A program made the translations under genes and the position numbers. 64,000 nucleotides of DNA, from NCBI GenBank assembly GCA_951406725.2, contig OX597816.1, positions 36,022,001 to 36,086,000 of the forward strand, read 5' to 3'. The stretch comes from Octopus vulgaris. Lineage: Eukaryota. The notes beneath the pieces were generated by a model. That model was not told the DNA's origin. It searched no databases and saw only the letters and a list, made by a program, of their open reading frames with translations. Of the stretch, positions 27,048 through 40,096 are shown one piece after another; position 1 is the stretch's first letter, and every line of letters starts with the position of its first letter.

Positions 27048-27322
27048 AGGGCGGCTAACTGACAGAATCGTTAACATGTCGGGCAAAATGCCTAACGGCA
27101 TTTCGTCCATCCTTGCGTTCAGGGCCCAAATACCACTAAGGTCGACTTTGCTTTTCATCCCTTTCGGGCTCGTTCAAATAATTACCATGTGAATTGCCTT
27201 TCATCCTTTCGGGGTCGCTAAATAAACTATCAGTTTCACACTGGTGTCAATGTAATCGATTTAATCACTTTGTCCTTGTTTGTCCCCTCTATGTTTAGTC
27301 CCTTGTAGTCAATAAAGAAATA
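27048..27322 (+). mobile_element. SINE family A composite (old 5' part plus younger 3' part)
   Basis: The core tttcatcc occurs twice (about 27153 and 27199). Confidence 0.8.
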
Positions 27323-27597
27323 TATAATCATATTTAGTAGTTTTCATTTTAACTCCAAACAAATTTGTTAACTAACTGTTAGCAAGACCGTTCACTATTT
27401 TGATTTATTACATCCGTTAATGGTTCGCAATTGTAAGCTAATTAGTAGAGTGACGATTCACTGTTTTAATTGTTATTGGAGTAATCGTTCACAGCATTAT
27501 AGTAATTATTTCCATGTATTATGCGAATCTTTCGTTGTCCCCTCCAACGAAATTGCTGGCTTAGTGCCAAAACTTGTAATCATTATTATAATACACA

Positions 27598-27745
27598 CGA
27601 GGGGTGCTCGAAAGTACCTGATTTTGGGGAAAGAAAATACAGGATGATCAGTTAATTATGATTTTATTCAGTATGTTCCCTTCTCAGATTTAAACACTTA
27701 TTTCAGTAATCATTCGGGTTTACTAAGCCATGTAAGAGAACTAGA
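27598..27745. mobile_element. Mariner terminal fragment
   Basis: cgaggggtgctcgaaagtacctg resembles a mariner TIR. Confidence 0.45.
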
Positions 27746-28895
27746 GGCGAGTCCGTTTACACCACACCTGGACTTTACCTTGAATGAGGGAGAAATTGAC
27801 AAACCAAAATTTTCCAATTGCCCGATTTGCTACCGAAGATGCGTATGGCCGTAACTTTTTTTAGAGTCTTGTACAGATTTCTATGTGTTTTATCTTTCTT
27901 GAAATATCTGAATTCACTACTCCCCGTTCTCGGTGCAGCCGCTTTACAGAAAATATTCCCGTAAGCAATCTCATTGCTTTCGGCGCCCATCGCTGGTTTG
28001 TAATTTATACTATTGAAAACAGTTGTAACCCTGAAAATTTGTCCCGGTTTCCTAAACATATTATCATGTTCATTCCTGTCACCAAATCGAGGGAAATCGT
28101 GGCTTCTTTCGCTTGAAACGTGTTCACCAGAGTCGAGAAAACTTCTATACTTCTCACATTTCGAACTGTTGCAATTTGCATATATACCCACTTTGCATAC
28201 ACATTTTGATGTCAAGTCTTCTCATTCTTTGTAATGGATTGTGACTGTACAGCAAGCTCACAATTTTTTACTTGTGTCTCCGCGCGAAACATTTCGTTCT
28301 CTTGCTAGAAATCCCACGTAGCTGAATTCTCCTACTGCGTTGTTTGTCCACAATGCTGCTTTCCCCTTCTTTAAACTCCTTTCATTTAATTACAATAACT
28401 TTTTCATGTATCATGTAGATGAACACCCACCCTCCTCGCATGTCAAGAGAACAATGATTATAGTAGAAGAGGTTCACTTTAAATAACCTATGGCAGTCAA
28501 TAAAAGAACCTATACCCATTTACGAATTACCCCCGACATAAAACTGGGATACGCCCGTGTCCGGATCAATAACATCTACTGCAAAATTTGGACTATAGCA
28601 AAATTCTAATACAACATTCTTTGAACTTCTTTCTATTAATTCCGAGTGTAGGTTCTATAATACATACGTTGCAATTGAAAAACACTATGCTTAACATTTG
28701 AGCGCTCAACGCTTTACTTTACATGCTACCTAGAGAAATATAACAGAATGTATGTCTCTCTTAGCTAAACAGATATCGACCAATGTAGTAAATTTATAGA
28801 AACTGCTCCTGCTTTTCAGGTAAGATTACTAAAATATATGTTAAATACATTTGATTTCGCGAAATACATTGGATATAATCTTATTTAGTAGTTTA

Positions 28896-29130
28896 AGGCG
28901 GCGAGCTGGCAGAAACGTTAGCACGCCGGGCGAAATGCGTAGCCGTATTACGTCTACCCTTACGTTCTGAGTTCAAATTCCGCTGAGGTCAACCTTTCCT
29001 TTCATCCTTTCAGGGGTCGATAAATAAAGTACCAGTCTCACACTGGGGTCGATGTAATCGACTTAATCACTTTGTCTGTCCTTGTTTGTCCCCTCTATGT
29101 TTAGTCCCTTGTGGGCAATAAAGAAATATA
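28896..29130 (+). mobile_element. SINE family A, full-length
   Basis: aggcggcgagctggcagaaacgttagcacgccgggcgaaatgc...aataaagaaata. Confidence 0.9.
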
Positions 29131-29551
29131 TAATCATATTTAGTAGTTTTCATTTTAACTCCAAACAAAATTGTTAACTAACTATTTGAGAGACCGTTCA
29201 CTATTTTGATTTATTACATCGGTTAATGGTTCGCAGTTGTAAGCTAATTAGTAGAGTGACGATTCACTGTTTTAATTGTTATTGGAGTAATCGTTCACAG
29301 CATTATAGTAATTATTTCCATGTATTATGCGAATCGTTCGTTGATTTAAATTAATGACTTGATATTTGGATTTTTTCTATAATAGGCTGTTCTGAGTAGA
29401 AGCAATAGACAAAATATATGCTACACGTAGTACACCAGCTAAGAAAAAAGAAAAATTAAACTGGACACGACGAAATTTGTGATTTAAATTCAATAAACGC
29501 ATGATGATAGGCAGTTTTTATGATACTTGTTCAATGCTAAGGTCTGTGAAA

Positions 29552-29845
29552 ACGCTTGGTTTCGTGATTAGCGTAATCGGCTCACGATCGTTAGGTCGGC
29601 AGTTCGATTCCCAGCAACGAATTGAACTAGGTATTTTATTTCACACTGCTCCAGTAATGAGCTGTATCTGTAATTGAAAGGGCCAGCCTTTTCGCAATCC
29701 GTGTCACGCTGAATTTCTATGAGAACTGCGTTAAGGGTCTGTGTATCTGTGGAGTTCCCAGTCACGTACACGTTAATTTCAGGAGGAAGTAATTCCATTG
29801 ATTGGATCAACTGGGACCCTCATCGTCGTAACCGACGGAGTGCCA
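29552..29845 (+). mobile_element. Diverged tRNA-derived SINE with tail type 2
   Basis: gttcgattccc B box; tail cgtcgtaaccgacggagtgc matches the reverse complement of 50164-50559. Confidence 0.75.
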
Positions 29846-30576
29846 GTTATTTAAGCTAACCTTTAATATACGATATTTTTAAATATATAAACCCATGTCT
29901 TAGAACAATTATATATGTTTTTCTCTTCGAGGTTTTTTTGGCAGCATTGCTCAATGAAGAAAACATAAGAGCCCAAAGCCTGGGATTTCTAGCAAGAGAA
30001 CGAAATGTTTCACGCGGAGACACATCTGAAATGTGAGCGTATAGAGTTACATTAATATATTATCAGTACTTCGACTTGCAGTTAAGGCAAGATTATATAA
30101 CAATGTGCTTGTTTAATATTATCATTAAGACTAATATTATCATAAAGGCTAAATAAACTGAACTGAAAATATATATATTGAATTACTTGTGTTTATTGTG
30201 AACTATAACCGATTTTTATACATTCACGAAAATATTTGCAATAGTGATGAAATATACATCCATTAATAAAGAACTGATTTATTTGAAAACCTCGAGCAAG
30301 ACGAATTAGATATGATATCAGAACAACGAATATATCCGAATCCCCTTGTTATTCACTAGGTTAATGCAACATTTTCGCTTGACGAAAGTATCACGTGCAC
30401 TCTGACGTGATCACTTACATAAACATCGCGGACATTTTCGTATATAATGAATCGTTACAAATTCCTTGGATTAAATTAGATTTTGATTTCGTTATCGTGC
30501 ATATGATCACGCGATCCTGTCACCCATGTTGTGTGAAGTGATAATAAATTACAGCTAGTTCTGTTTGTTGCTAATA

Positions 30577-30971
30577 CTCTTTTACTCGTTTACTTGTTTC
30601 TGTCATTTGACTGCCGCCATGCTGGAGCATCGCATTTAGTCGAGCAAATCGACCCCAGGAATTATTCTTTGTAAGCCTACTACTTATTCTAGCGGAATAA
30701 GTACTAAGTTACGGGGACGTAAGCAAACCAGCATCGATTGTCAAGCGATATTGGAGGGACAAACATAGACACACAAACACACACACACATATATATATAC
30801 ATATATACTATGGGCTTCTTTCAGTTTCCGTCTACCAAATCCACTTATAAGGCTTTGGTCGGCCCGAGGATATAGAAGAAGGCAATTGCCCAAGATGCCA
30901 CGCAGTGGGACCGAACCCAGAACCATGTGGTTGGAAGCAAGCTACTTACCCCGCAGCCACTCCTGCGCCTA
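30577..30971 (-). mobile_element. SINE family B, near full-length
   Basis: Reverse complement of 48370-48784. Confidence 0.9.
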
Positions 30972-31110
30972 TATATTACTGTATATATATGCTAATATGT
31001 GACTTATAAAACATGTAATATATTAATAAATATCTGTAAATAGAAAACCATGCAGATTTCTGAGTACCTTATTTCTTCTAATTTATACATTCTAATATAT
31101 ATATATAGAT

Positions 31111-31146
<36 letters not shown>

Positions 31147-31224
31147 TGGATAGATAAATAGATAAATAGATGCATTCATACATACATGCACATATATTCA
31201 TACGTACATGCATACATATATATA

Positions 31225-32024
31225 CAGGAGGGTACCCAAAAGTAATCGACATCTATGATTATTAATTTATTCACTTAGTTTTACATGTTTACTCATATAT
31301 TGCCTTCAAATTATTCTCTATTTGAAACAATGCATCAGTCCAGCCTCGTTTTCCATCATTCCAAGCAGTGGTGGAATTCTGCGAAGTGATGCCATGTAAC
31401 GTCTCCGTTGTTTTTTCCCTCATCTCTTCCACATCTGTAAATTCCGTTGTACCAGATTTCGTCACATGTGACAACCTTTCAAATGTTCTTTCATCTCACA
31501 ACACGCTTCCGTGATTAAGAGAGGCATGCATTTTACCGTAACACGTTTCATTCGCAAGTCCACACTCAAAATTCGTTTATAGAAACTCCAGGACACACCA
31601 GCCATAACAACAAGTCTGTGAATTATTGGGTGACGGTCATACAAGATCAGATCATGAATTTCATGATGTTTTCATTTGTTCTGGTGGATAACGGTCAGAA
31701 GTGATCATTCCTAAAGTGTGAAAACGACCCGCAAACTTGTTTTGCTCATGCTAGCATCTTTGTAAGCCGTTTGAAGCAACTGCAGCAGACAACAGAATAT
31801 CTCGGAAGCACACTGTTCCGTAGTTCCAGCCATCCCAAAATTCGAAGAAGATGGGAGAAGCGCCTTAAGACAAAGACGCGCTAGTAGCAGTACGACGTTA
31901 CCGGACGAGGCCAGTCGGTATACTCATACTGAAGGTCGCATCAGATAGTTTCTAGAGGGGGAATCCTGAGCTACAACGGGCTTGTTCTGCAGAGAAAGTT
32001 TCAGGATATTTTGGGGTACCTCCA
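31225..32024 (-). mobile_element. Internally deleted mariner with both TIRs
   Basis: ggagggtacccaaaa / ttttggggtacctcc ends; RILSVDLRMKRV and FTDVEEMREKTTETLHGIT transposase remnants. Confidence 0.8.
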
Positions 32025-32074
32025 TACACACACACATATATATATATATTTATATATATATGAATAAAGCGACA

Positions 32075-32567
32075 GCTCTGACCGGTTCATATGGTTAGCC
32101 AGTGTTTCGAATGTAATTCTCGATTGTTGGGGGCGAATTCTCCATGCACAATGCCACATTTCCGCAGTTGACACTTGTTATAGGACTTCCATATCGCGCA
32201 TTGTCTTCCACATACGTTCTTCCGCTTTCGAAGCGCCCGTGCCATGCGAAAAGTTGCGCACCACCCATTGCCTGGTCGCCGTAAGCTTGCCAAAGCATGC
32301 TCAATGTCTCTATAGCAAACTTTTCACGTTTAAAGCAAAATTTCACGTTCGTTCTTTGTTACTCTCCATGAACAAAATCTCAGATTATAACAACACGGGA
32401 TCAGAAAAAAAAAAACAAATTTCACAACTTGCGAAGTAAACATAACGATGTCACTCGGCACACTCCCTCATAAAGGTCACTCCTAACTCTCACTGAGCAT
32501 GGAACCGTGCGTTGTCATCTGATGGCGCGCTACAGAACTATTCCGGGAAGTTTCTGATACCACCTCG
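32075..32567 (-). mobile_element. Mariner relic (5' TIR, HTH region, deleted catalytic region)
   Basis: KFCFKREK..ETLSMLWQAYGDQAM...WHGRFESGR..VEDNARYGSP; GIVHGEF; TIR ends at TA 32568-32569. Confidence 0.85.
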
Positions 32568-32916
32568 TATGTTCGACAATAATATAGTTAATATAGTAAT
32601 TGAAATAGGTTCCATTCATTCTAAAATGCAATAAAAATCATATTCATAAATTAAGATATATATTTCGATAACAGATTTAGATTCTGTCAAGCTGTCATCC
32701 AGACACTCAATCATTTTGCCTGAAGTATCAGTACTAAATTTTTATTCTAAATATGTTTTACGAATCTTATTAACTTCCATGTACGGATTTGGCTCAGCCT
32801 TCGTTTGTTTAGATTATAGCCTTGTTCCTTCAAATAAGAAATAGCATGCACGCGGCATTGTGGGTAGGGCTTTGCTATATTATTGTAATTGGTCTATGTT
32901 AATACACTACGCAAGC

Positions 32917-33092
32917 AAGGTAGCAAGCTGGTAGTTTAGTTAACACGACGGACAAAATGTTCAGTGACATTTCATCCGTTCTTCCTTTTTGAAGTCAAAT
33001 TCCAGTACAGTTGAATTTGCCTTTCACCTATTGGTGAGTCTATAAGATAAGTATCAGTTTAGCACTGGGGTCGATGTAATCGACTTGCCCGT
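32917..33092 (+). mobile_element. SINE family A, diverged
   Basis: ttgcctttca...gcactggggtcgatgtaatcgact. Confidence 0.7.
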
Positions 33093-33537
33093 CCAGCTTT
33101 ATATATATAAAACTTTGTTTGCAGTTAAGGCAAATAGCATTCTTCGTCTCTCAACGGAATAATTAGCAGTTTTCTTTTCATCGCTCATTTTCCAGCAAAG
33201 TAACTATATATAGTCATTTAACGATAGTCATACACATGCCTCAGTATTGCTTATGACTAGTGGTGAAACTAACAATATGATATTAGAATACATGTAGGGA
33301 GTAAATATATATTTTTAAAAAAGGGAAGGAGATACAAGAATACAAATGAGGAACAGGTATGAACTTTTACACAATGTTCCTTTTCTAAAATAAGGTATGG
33401 TGTATTTCCCCTCATCTCATACTTTGTATTCTGAGGTATTGGACTATATAATCTCGTGCATGTATTACAAAGAAATTATATGAATGCCATACTATAGTAT
33501 CCTTTATTGGAATAAAATGACTTATTATACATATATA

Positions 33538-34722
33538 CAGCGCGTGATGGGTAAATTTTCGCCATTTCATAATTTCAATTTTGCGCATAGTTTGTTTCTG
33601 ATTTTGTCAAATACAGAGTATAGGAGGGTCAGTTGGGCACCGTCTGTGAGATAAAACTACTATGACGCAATTCACTCAGCAGGAATTTTGGAAATGAAAT
33701 ACTGTTCTGCTTGGCATTGACGTTGGAAGCTCCAATATGAAAATTTCAGAGTGTTTGTCTGTCGATCTGAGGACAGTGCAGATGATTCGGAGAGAGTTAG
33801 ATGATTCTAATGGTTTTTATGAAGGTACATCAACTAGAAAAAACTCACGTGGATCGTTCTGATAAGAAAAGAAGTCCTGAATTTTATTGTGAGATCCAGG
33901 TCATGATTGACAACGATACCCCCAAGTCAATCAGGTCCATTACCAGGGGCATGGGAGTGTCCGATTTCCTTATTAGGCGGGTAGTGCATGAAGGCATTCG
34001 TTATTCCTCATAGAAGATGAGAAAGGGCCATTAAGGACAAGAGGAAAGTTCGCGCTATGGAATTTAAAATAAAAACACAAGCTTGCGGTGTCCCAACAAC
34101 ATGTACCGAAAGTGCAAAAAATAAAACATCCAGTCAATATCATGATGATTGGAGTGATCACGAGTGATGGTGACGTTATGCTTCCATTCGCTCCCCACAC
34201 GGTCCCACACTCAACTCGGAGGCCTACATCATGTGCCTGCAGGACGTAGAGTTGCCCTGGGTCAAGAGAGTGGCTGCTAGAAGACCCTACATATGGTAAC
34301 AGGTATCTGCATCATGCCACACAACAAGAAGAATGCAATCATGGCTGTCAGACAATTCCTGGGACCACATCAACTCTAACATCTGGCCACCTATCGCTCC
34401 AGACTGCAACCTCTTAATTATTATGCGTGTGGCGCAGTTGAGCAAGTGGCCAAAAGAACTCGTAACAACAAAGATGAACTGACAGCAAGGATTGATGCAG
34501 CATTCCCCAACTGAAACAAGGAGACCGTTCTGAAGGTTTGCAGGAGATTCCAAAGATGTCTGGAGGCCGTGGTTGAAGCCAATTGCGATTTTATTGAATA
34601 AATTTACTCTTTAATATTTCAAGATATTTTTTGTGTAATTGTGGTAAATATATCTGTTAAAATGAGATGCCCGTGTTCTTTTCAATTTTGCGTAATTGAG
34701 ACGAAAACTTTTCACCGCAAAT
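33538..34722 (+). mobile_element. maT/DD37D-like transposon, near full-length, pseudogenised
   Basis: TA|cagcgcgtgatgggtaaa left end; KSIRSI.RGMGVS, IMMIGVITSDG, IWPP.APDCN motifs with stops and frameshifts. Confidence 0.85.
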
Positions 34723-34730
34723 TTATATAT

Positions 34731-35590
34731 ACAGGGCAAGTTCATTAAAAATTTCCGCTGACCCTCTTGGCATAATTATTAGCCCTTTGCTACATAGGCA
34801 CCACCATTGGTGACACTCTTCTCCCATCGATTTATGCAGATGCGAAACTCTCGTAATTAGAAGTCGGTAGGTTGCGACATTACCTGGGAAGTAAGTTCAT
34901 TATCATCCGAAAAGTACTTCCCCTTCAAAAAGTCTTCATGTTTTGAAAGATGTGGAAGTCAGATTATGTGAAGTCTGGAGAGTAAAGAGGACAAGAAAGA
35001 ATTCATAGCCGCTGGGGTATGCTTTCATCTGGGCAACATGCGCATTGTGAACTAGAACGTGAACGTGGAGGAGGCGGACTACTTTGGTCAGCATGCCGCG
35101 CCTCTTTGATTTGAGACATCCTGCAATTTCTACAGCAGAGAAGCATTATATGCCCCGTAAATTGCGATGTCATTTGCTAGAAAATCCATCATCGCTATTC
35201 TGCACTGGCCCAAACGACTGTGAACATCACCTTGTCTGCTGAGAGTTGGATACGAGACTACTTTGGTGGTTGTGAGTTATCATGCTTCCATTCCTTCGAC
35301 TGGACTTTAATCTCAGGATCATAGTAATGGACACGTGTTTCATCCCGTGTGAAAAGACATCCTTCTTTCCTTGGCACACTGCTGAAAGTGCCTGGGAGCG
35401 ACTGACTCGTTTCTGCTCCTGAAAAGGTGTGAGCATCCGAAGAATCCATTGTACAGAAAACTTCCACATGGAAAAATGGTCATGAATGATTTCTTTGCTT
35501 ATCTTCACTTTTTGGGCTAGTTGCCGAATAACTATGAGTTGATCCTCCAAATGGCAGCTTCCAATTTTTGGATGGTGTCGTCATCAATGA
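34731..35590 (-). mobile_element. Mariner transposase relic
   Basis: WILRML (WVPxxL-like), TRDETRVHYYDPE.K.QSKEW, YSPDF motifs. Confidence 0.85.
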
Positions 35591-36228
35591 TAGAATGATA
35601 CATAAAGATACCTTGCTACTCCTATGGAGGATATTTTCCATTCTGTTGTCTGGATTACTGGTCCCAGCTGTGGTCACCACTGAGCCTCAGATTGGTAGCA
35701 GAACGTAATGCAATTTAGTGCCTCTACACAATGAAAATTGACTCGGTAAAACAGATGAGCTACTGAGAGATGTTAAAAGAACTAAAGCTCTGCTTCTTGA
35801 ATACAAGGCGAGAAAGGTATGCAGTGATATACATATGGAACATCCTAGAACGTTTTGCTCACAACTTTGAAATTAAAAACTAAATCAATCACCGAACAGA
35901 ACGGGACTATATACTACTAAAGATACCATCTTCTTCATCTCAGATTAGGACCCATTATTGTAACAGCTTGGTTTTCAGGAGACCACAACTGTTTAACATC
36001 CTGCCAAGGAGGATAAGAGATCTGCAAGGTGTAGATTTGGAAACGTTAAAAAAACGTGAACAAATTCCTCTCTGAAATCCCAGATGAGACCACATCACGA
36101 CAGGAAGAACAAAGAGGGGCAGCTTCGACCAATGCGTTTCTTCACCAAAAACAGTACCGAAAGGAAACCCCAAAACCACTTAAAGGCCGTGCTACAGCAT
36201 AACTCCAGCCATATATATTGAAACTCGC
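35590..36228 (+). mobile_element. CR1-like LINE 3' fragment
   Basis: LDYWSQLWSP, LKELKL...RRERYAVIYIW, GPQLFNILP motifs read by hand. Confidence 0.8.
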
Positions 36229-37579
36229 TACAGCCTTCTGCAGGTTAGGGTAATCCAATGCAATTGTTATTTTACAAGAGGAATTTTGTGCTTCTTCCAT
36301 GCGCATAAGTATTCACTGAGAAGTTGCATGTGCGACGGAAAGAAGATATGTTATATTAATATTCATGCCTATCTACTTTATCATTCTGTCATGTTTATAC
36401 CTTACCTGTTAAGAGATAAGTGTCAACTGCATTGTTTCCCGTGCAACAATTGATATATGGCGTACATAATACACGAAGCAAATACTTAACATATAACGAG
36501 AGGCTTTTGATGGCATTCACATCGTATTTGTTGAAATACGATCAGCAGTATTTGATTATTTCAGTTCTTATTATGTAGTTAAAGATCAAAGGGAAACTGT
36601 CATCAATTTATCTCGAGATACAGTTACAAATATTTGTAACGCTATACTTGTTTACTTGTTCGGAGAATTCATTCTAATCTTTTTGTGTTTCATTTCGCAG
36701 CTGCACATGTTAGTAGATTATTTTCTTATCATGCTTGATCAAGTGACGAATAAAATATCTTGTAGTCGTTTGCTCATCTGTACATGGCAAATACAGTGAG
36801 GCGTTACTGATGACAACTGTAGCTCACTCCCCTGTATGTGCAATATACAGTGAAGAATGCGTATATGGAGTTCAAATATCACATCTAAAAACAAACTTCC
36901 GGATGACTGATAAATTAATTTAAAGCATGATAAACAACATCAAAGTAAACGATAACAATTGTAAAGGTAAGAGAAAATATGAAAGAAATATTGGAGGAGA
37001 ATTGTTAGAAGATGAAACCAAATAAGAATGATGACGCTCCAATAATTATATGTTAAGTATAGTGGATATTAGAATTTGTGAACAACATTAACAAAGTATA
37101 TAATTATCTAGTCGCGCCCCCTCTATTTTCTTTCTTTCTCTCTCTCTCTCTCTCTATTTCACACACAGACATACAGATACACCCAAATACACTCACATAT
37201 ACACACGCGCGAAAACACACATATATGCGTGTGTGTGTTATAGGTTCCCTTTCCAACCCAACTAAGGGATAATATCTATCCAATATACTGCTGGTAGAAT
37301 ACACAAGTGTTTTTTTATTGCATGGCAATTACACTACTGAATGTAATAAAATGGGCGAGTGTAAAAAGTTGTTTTACCCTTAATTTATACGGCAATAAGT
37401 AAATGGAGGGGAACAAGAAATGGTATTCTTCAACATTTAGACATTATATTATGCTTATTTATTAAAAAGAAAAGCATAATATATTACATACATGTATAAC
37501 AGATTATGCTTTACAAAATATTTTATAAAAATACCAGTAATTATTAAAATATATAACGTAGAACATAGAAAGTAGAATA

Positions 37580-37708
37580 GTTTCTTACAGCTGTTTCGGC
37601 CAATATGTCACAGTACCCCCACTTTACTTTAATCTCTTCGGTGAACTGAAGTATTTACTGGATAAAATTAAGGTAGTTGGGTGTGCCACTGTGCTTCGTC
37701 AGAGAGTT
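37580..37708 (-). ncRNA. Type-I minimal hammerhead motif with an extended stem II of about 100 nt
   Basis: Minus strand: tct-CUGACGA-agcacagt...actgtg...ggcc-GAAA-cagctg-UA-aga; stem I only about 3 bp. Confidence 0.7.
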
Positions 37709-37753
37709 TAGAAAGTTCATAAGGTCAAGTTATAATTATAAATACATACATAT

Positions 37754-37830
<77 letters not shown>

Positions 37831-37987
37831 TATAACAATTCACTATGAACTATATATGGACATGTACAAATTCTGTAAGTTCAAGACCTTTCATCGGATC
37901 TCCAGGAATCGAACTTTCTTCAATGCAGTTAAACTTACACCCTCATTTGTATCTACCCCTTTTGATGTTTGGGAATCTCTGATGTTT

Positions 37988-38075
37988 TTTCGGCTGACGA
38001 GTACGAGCCATCTATATTTACTGCATTTTTTGTAGCTTATTAATGATGTCCTCGTACGAAACAATTGTACCGAGA
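37988..38075 (+). ncRNA. Type-I minimal hammerhead ribozyme, all core nucleotides intact
   Basis: Stem I tttcgg/ccgaga; CUGACGA 37994-38000; stem II gtacgag/ctcgtac; GAAA 38058-38061; palindromic caattg; GUA with predicted cleavage after 38069. Confidence 0.88.
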
Positions 38076-38449
38076 TTTTAATCCATTCTTGTTGCTTTTT
38101 TCCTATATATATATATATATATATATATATGCATACAATGGAATCAGTTATTATCATTATTATTAGGTGTATTATATTATTCGTATTAGATAAAGTATGA
38201 ACAGAGAAAAGAGAATATTATCAAAAGAGAAATAATAGTGGAATTTGAATAATCAATCTAGCTTATGGGTATCTTAGTTTTGTAGGAATGAAAAAGGTAT
38301 ATAAATGAGAAATACGCGTACACACACCCACACACCCACACACATATTTACGTAAAAACATAAACGTAGGCACATAAATATTTCATGTGTTGAGGAGGGA
38401 GGATTACTGGAGTAGTTCGTTCTTTTCATATATTTATAATTATACGCAA

Positions 38450-38551
<102 letters not shown>

Positions 38552-39051
38552 ATGTATATATATATATAAACATGCGATATGTTTTCTATTGAGAACTTGG
38601 GATAAAGACCCACAATATGGGGGTTACAGTTTATATTAATACTTGTGATATTAGTCGGTACGAAAATAATAAATTCCACGGGTATTAATCGAGTTACTTT
38701 ATTATTTTCTATTACTCTTTATTTATAGACTTACTGAAACCCTTCGGGAAGTGCGGAGGGGGTTGTGGTCAGTCTCGTAATCTAATTGGTCATCTATTGT
38801 TTTGAAAGGCCATCACTTTGTTATGGCTGGTTAATGGATAATCGATAACATAAACAACATATAGGCAAATATATATAAATGCATAAAAATAAAAACAAAT
38901 TATCTAAGGTTAACCATTAGTAGGTAGGATAGTAAAAATCAATACAGAAATTAATATAGGGAACTGATTCAATTATATTATTTAAATTAAGATAAATTAT
39001 GTTAAATTAAGAAATATAAAATTAAAATGTGGATGAGTTTATATATATATA

Positions 39052-39262
39052 TTTTTTTTTTCTAGTTTCAGCTCAGAGCTGGGGCCATGCTGATGCACCG
39101 CCGTTTTGTGCTACACTGTTATTACGACGAACCTCGTCTAATATGTGGCACTTGGTGAAGAATGGAGTTTGATATAGCTACTCTCATTTGCACCTCATGA
39201 TGTGAGGTAGGTTCATCTGGAACTCTTGACAGGAAGATGTCCAGCTTTGATTTAAAAACCGC
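39052..39262 (-). mobile_element. CR1-like LINE extreme 3' end
   Basis: VFKSKLDIFLSRVPDEP...SNSILHQ; tail ggcggtgcatcagcatggcc...ctgaaactag(A)n. Confidence 0.8.
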
Positions 39263-39857
39263 TACCTCTACTATATATATATATATATTTTTTTTTTTAT
39301 ATTAAACCCTCAATAATAACACATGTATCTGTCTAATTGGGTGGGAATCATTTGTATATTTACTAAACCGTATGGGTAATACAGGGTTAAAATTATATGT
39401 TGGAAGTTATTGGGACCAAATTCAAATAAGGAACAACAGACCAAATCCGACCGTCCAAGTTTTTTAAGAAGACGTTATTTATCGATGAAATTATGTTTAA
39501 AATATATTCTCCAATAAAATACATTAATTCCAGTGCTCCATGCAAAAGTGTTGAGTTAATTAATGAACTAACTCAATATATACCCTCACATACCCTTTTT
39601 TATATATACCTGCATATTACTAAGTTTTCGTTATTTATCGCTAATATATATTTTTTTTTTCTCGAGAACAATTCTTAGTGGTTCAGTCCCTTTGCGGATC
39701 TATATCTAGCGTAAGAGTGTCCACGTAATGGATTCTCTCACATATTTGTGTATTAATAATATTTACTGAATCTCAGTCTTTTATGCGCTAGGCCGTTGGT
39801 GTTTAAATTGAAGTTATTAAATTAGTATCCACCTTTTTCACCCTCATTTTGACTTTA

Positions 39858-39895
<38 letters not shown>

Positions 39896-40021
39896 CGTAT
39901 GTTCACATACACGTATATATATATGGATGAATAGTTGTATGGATATATATTTTTAAATATATTTAGATTATGTATATACCTATGTATAGATAGGTAGAGA
40001 GATAGACAGACAGGCAGACAC

Positions 40022-40096
<75 letters not shown>

